A DNA stretch of 64,000 nucleotides from NCBI GenBank assembly GCA_965153285.1, contig OZ229116.1. One strand, given 5' to 3'. Within the stretch, counting starts at the first letter, position 1; each line of letters opens with the position of its first letter. The notes beneath the pieces are model-generated. The model was not told the DNA's origin, did not search any database, and saw nothing but the letters and a program-made list of their open reading frames with translations. This DNA is from Podarcis tiliguerta (Eukaryota). The position numbers and the translations under genes are program-made. Below, in pieces: positions 60,236-64,000 of the stretch.

Positions 60236-60596
60236 AGGTATAGGTACCCCTGCCCGTACTGGCCAGTCGTGTCCGACTCTAGGGTTGTGCGCCCATCTCA
60301 CTTAAGAGGCCAGGGGCCAGCGCTGTCCGGAGACACTTCCGGGTCACGAGGCCAGCGTGACGAAGCTGCTCTGGCGAGCCAGCACCAGCGCAGCACACAG
60401 AAACGCCGTTTACCTTCCCGCTATAAAGCGGTACCTATTTATCTACTTGCACTTAGGGGTGCTTTCGAACTGCTAGGTGGGCAGGAGCTGGGACCGAAAG
60501 ACAGGAGCTCACCCCGCCGCGGGGATTCGAACCGCCGACCATGCGATCGGCAAGCCCTAGGCACTGAGGTTTTACCCACAGCGCCACCCGCGTCCC
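60236..60596 (-). mobile_element. Sauria SINE, young subfamily, 14-bp TSD TCACACTTGGAGTA
   Basis: TSD at 60222-60235 and 60600-60613. Confidence 0.92.
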
Positions 60597-63500
60597 TCCT
60601 CACACTTGGAGTAGATGCACTGAAATCAGTGGGCTTTAAGTCCATTGTTTTCAGTGGGCAAGTATGACTAAAATTATATCTCAACCATTAAATATACCAG
60701 TGGCATAGCAGAAAAATAAGCTAAATATTGGACTTGCTTCTGAGCAAGCATACATAGGATTATGTTGCACAGTTTGTAGCTGGAGTAAGTTTTGAAAACA
60801 CGGATTCATGAATATTAAAGGCTTTTAACATTGAAATGTAACTTTATTTCTTACATTTGAAAAACTTTAGCTTCCAGATTTCCTAAACCACTGGTACCAC
60901 TTGAGATGCCTTTGAAGCAAATAGTACCACCCGAACCAACTAGTACTTGGGGTACAGTAAACTTCTCTACTTGCTACATAAACCTGCATGGTCTAAATAG
61001 GTGCTAGGTGAACCATGGTTTTGATATGATGCAAAATAGATGCTTCTGTTTCATTAAATCTACTTACATAAACATGCTATCCTGTTTGTTTTGTGTAACC
61101 TGGAATGTTTAACAGAAATGGCCCTGGTTGTTTCCATTTGCATTAGCATATGAGTTCGTTTCAGGGGTTGCCATTTTTTGGGGGGACCATTGGACATATT
61201 TCTATTTTTGAGACAGCATTGTGGGTGTCAGTCACAAAATGATTGTTGTGGCATAACATGCCATAGTTGGGTGAACTTAAAAAGAGTCCTGCTGAATCAA
61301 ACCAAATATAGATCCTGTGTTCTATTTCTCATAGTGGCCAATTAGTTATCTCAATCAGAGAGCAGCTATTATGTGGCTTGTTCCTTGAACTCATTCATTC
61401 TGTCTCTGAATTCAGAAATTCCATTTAGCCATCATGACTCATAGCCATGAAAGACAAATTCATCGTGAGAGGTTCTGAAGTCTTTTACCTTATACCTATC
61501 ACCACATCTTGTGGCAATGCGTTCCATAGTTTAGTGATGAATTGTATGAAAAGTACTTTTAACTGTCCCAAACCTTCTGCCAACTAATTTCTTTGGATAG
61601 CTCAAATTCTAATATTATGCTTGAAGGAGAAAAGCCTTTCTCTTATGAGGATGAGGGAGTATCTTGGATATACAGCAACCAGAATTTTAAATCATATTCC
61701 AAGTGTGGTTGTGCTATAAAGTCAGTGTAGTTTAATCATGGTGCTTTGAATAAATCTCTGACTTCCTCATTCTCATACTTGTTCTGCTTAGTTAGGTACT
61801 TCATCGTTTGCTATTGGATCCAAACCAGCAAGCTATGGCTATGCAAAAATCGAAGCCATAATTGGATATAATAGCAAACTGGTTTGCCACATACACAGGA
61901 GGAGGAATGTGCAAGGCCAAGACTCAGCCATAGTTCAGTATTTTATTTCTGAACAGTAGCTAAATGTCATTTTTTCTCCTTGTCATGGTATATGAGTCAT
62001 GAGGAGCATGTGATTCATTTCCCTATTTTTAGGGGGTAAAATGGTCAAAAATTTTCATGTCTTATAAATACTTCTACAGTACTACTTCTACTACCTATGT
62101 ACAGACTGAAAAAGTGACATCTAGAATTGGAAAGATGGTCTTTGTTTCAAAATCATTAATGTAGGCAGTATTGTTTCATGCACAAATTTTTATTAGGGTT
62201 TATAAAGACAAATACAAAGACTATTGTAAATTTTTTTTGTCTACACTAAAACATTAATCTAGAGGCAAAAAAGAGAAAAAAGAGGAAGGGAGGGAGGGAT
62301 AGAGAAAAAGGAATAGAAAAAAATGAGAGAAAAGAAGGAATAGAAAAAGAATTGAAAGAGACAAGAGAAAAAGATAGGCAGTATTGTTTGGTGAATCTCT
62401 GAGAAAATACACAATTTTAGCAGAGGTGTGTCCTAAGGATTGTGTTCTAATTATTTTGTTTGTCAAGTTAAACTTTGTATTTAATTCTCTTCTTGACATC
62501 TGACTTTTTAAAAAATAACTATTGTTTTCCATAAATGAAAACAATAAGGAACAATACATTCCATAGCAAAGTAGCATAACACTACAAAATCAAACCTTGT
62601 TACAAGAGCAGAGTAAAATTGTGAAACCATGATTTGAAGTGGATCTGTGCAACAAGAGATATACATGTGATATAGGCAAATACCCCTTTATATGTAGGAT
62701 TTGGAAAGCAAACAAGCAGCTACAAATGCTATAGTAAAGCATTGGACCATAGCAGATGGTGTGAGACTGGAGGGATGGAAGAACCCTTCGTTGGGTTAAT
62801 GGGAACCAGGATAGCATTTGGATTTAATTCCTCTTACATCTCGGTTGCATTCCATAACTTGCTCAAGCACAGCTAAGTTTTAGACTCTATTCCACCAACT
62901 TTTTAAGGTAAAATGGGAGTGAAAGTGTCAATGCTGTGCTAGTTCTAACTGGGCTGCTGCTAGTAACTCTGTGATCCTATCTGTATACATTGCATTCTCC
63001 AGTGTGCCAGGGAGGATGGAGAGCAACACTAGATCCAGAGAAATTATTTGCTGTGATATTTGAATAATTTAACAGACGTTCAGAGCAAATATCTGTTGTA
63101 TCTGATTTGTTTTGTCAGACCTTAGTTTTAATACAGAGCTATCTCTTGTGTGTGGGCTTTTTGCTGTCTAAATACTGCTGAGATGCTTGACAAATATGTT
63201 GTAATCTCTGTAGGATCCTGCTATGCAAGTTGTATACTCTTGGCATCTAAGTCTATCAATTATGTTGGCAGACATGGCTTTTCTTTTAATCAGGTTCATT
63301 TATACTTTCATCAGTTTTGTTGTTGTTTGTAAATTAATGTGTTGCTTAATCTGACACTGCCCCCCCCCCCCCCCCCCGTTTTGAGTTCAGACAAGTATTT
63401 CCAGTTTCATATTGTGAATAGCACTCTTAGAATATTGGTAATTAAGTCTGGTTTTTTAAGTTCAGACTAAATACGATTCTTGAAAGGATAGTTTTGAACT

Positions 63501-64000
63501 CTGAAATGGAAGAACCAAAACACTGGTTATTGGCTTCTCATTAGTAAAGAAGAACTATATTTGTAGCTACAATTCTATGATCCTATGCACCACTTTATTG
63601 TTAGTAATGTCGTGTCAAAAACAGTCCAGTCTGTACCAGTTTAATCATGCAGTGGAAACATTGACTGTGATTGAGGAGAACAAAGAGCAGTTTAAGGACC
63701 AGGGTTCTTGAAGGACTGTACATAAAAATCTTGAGTGGAACGCATGTACCACCTGAGGTGAAGTGAGTGGCAGTCAAAGAGGAGCTGCCTTGATTGTAGC
63801 ACCCCAGTTGCAGAATGCTTATTGTCCTTTTAATGACGTTTTCCAAAACCTTCCTGATCCTGCTGACTGTTTTATGCCCCTTTTATGATTTTGCATCTTT
63901 TAGCTTGCTTTTTGTATTTACATCTTAATATTTTTGTAAATCACCCCGGGAATATGATTAAAAGGGCGGTATAAAAATACATAGAAATAATTTTTAAGCT

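Overview
Vertebrate genomic DNA, not microbial. It comes from a squamate, probably a lacertid lizard, judged from abundant Sauria SINEs with BovB, CR1, L2 and hAT/Tc1-mariner MITEs. The window is the conserved block syntenic with human 8q24.13. It contains: NDUFB9 coding exon 1 (minus, runs off the left edge); complete TATDN1 (plus, 12 coding exons, 297 aa); complete RNF139/TRC8 (minus, 2 coding exons, 668 aa), tail-to-tail with TATDN1; about 20 kb of TE-rich intergenic DNA; and TMEM65 exon 1 (plus) followed by intron 1. There is one 129-N gap at 19948-20076. Nearly all other ORFs in the track are TE fragments or spurious. I found no new multi-gene system. The best leads are: (1) a strong-Kozak 30-aa uORF resembling a mitochondrial presequence, plus an overlapping ORF, in the RNF139 leader; (2) a 572-bp insert of unknown origin with a perfect 19-bp target-site duplication, inside an L2 between the NDUFB9 and TATDN1 starts; (3) no TRMT12 ORF at its mammalian syntenic position; (4) a shifted or possibly CUG start for TMEM65; (5) a young SINE whose TSD covers a TATDN1 splice donor; (6) two three-level TE nests. 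All coordinates were read by eye, and TE boundaries are approximate unless a TSD is given.
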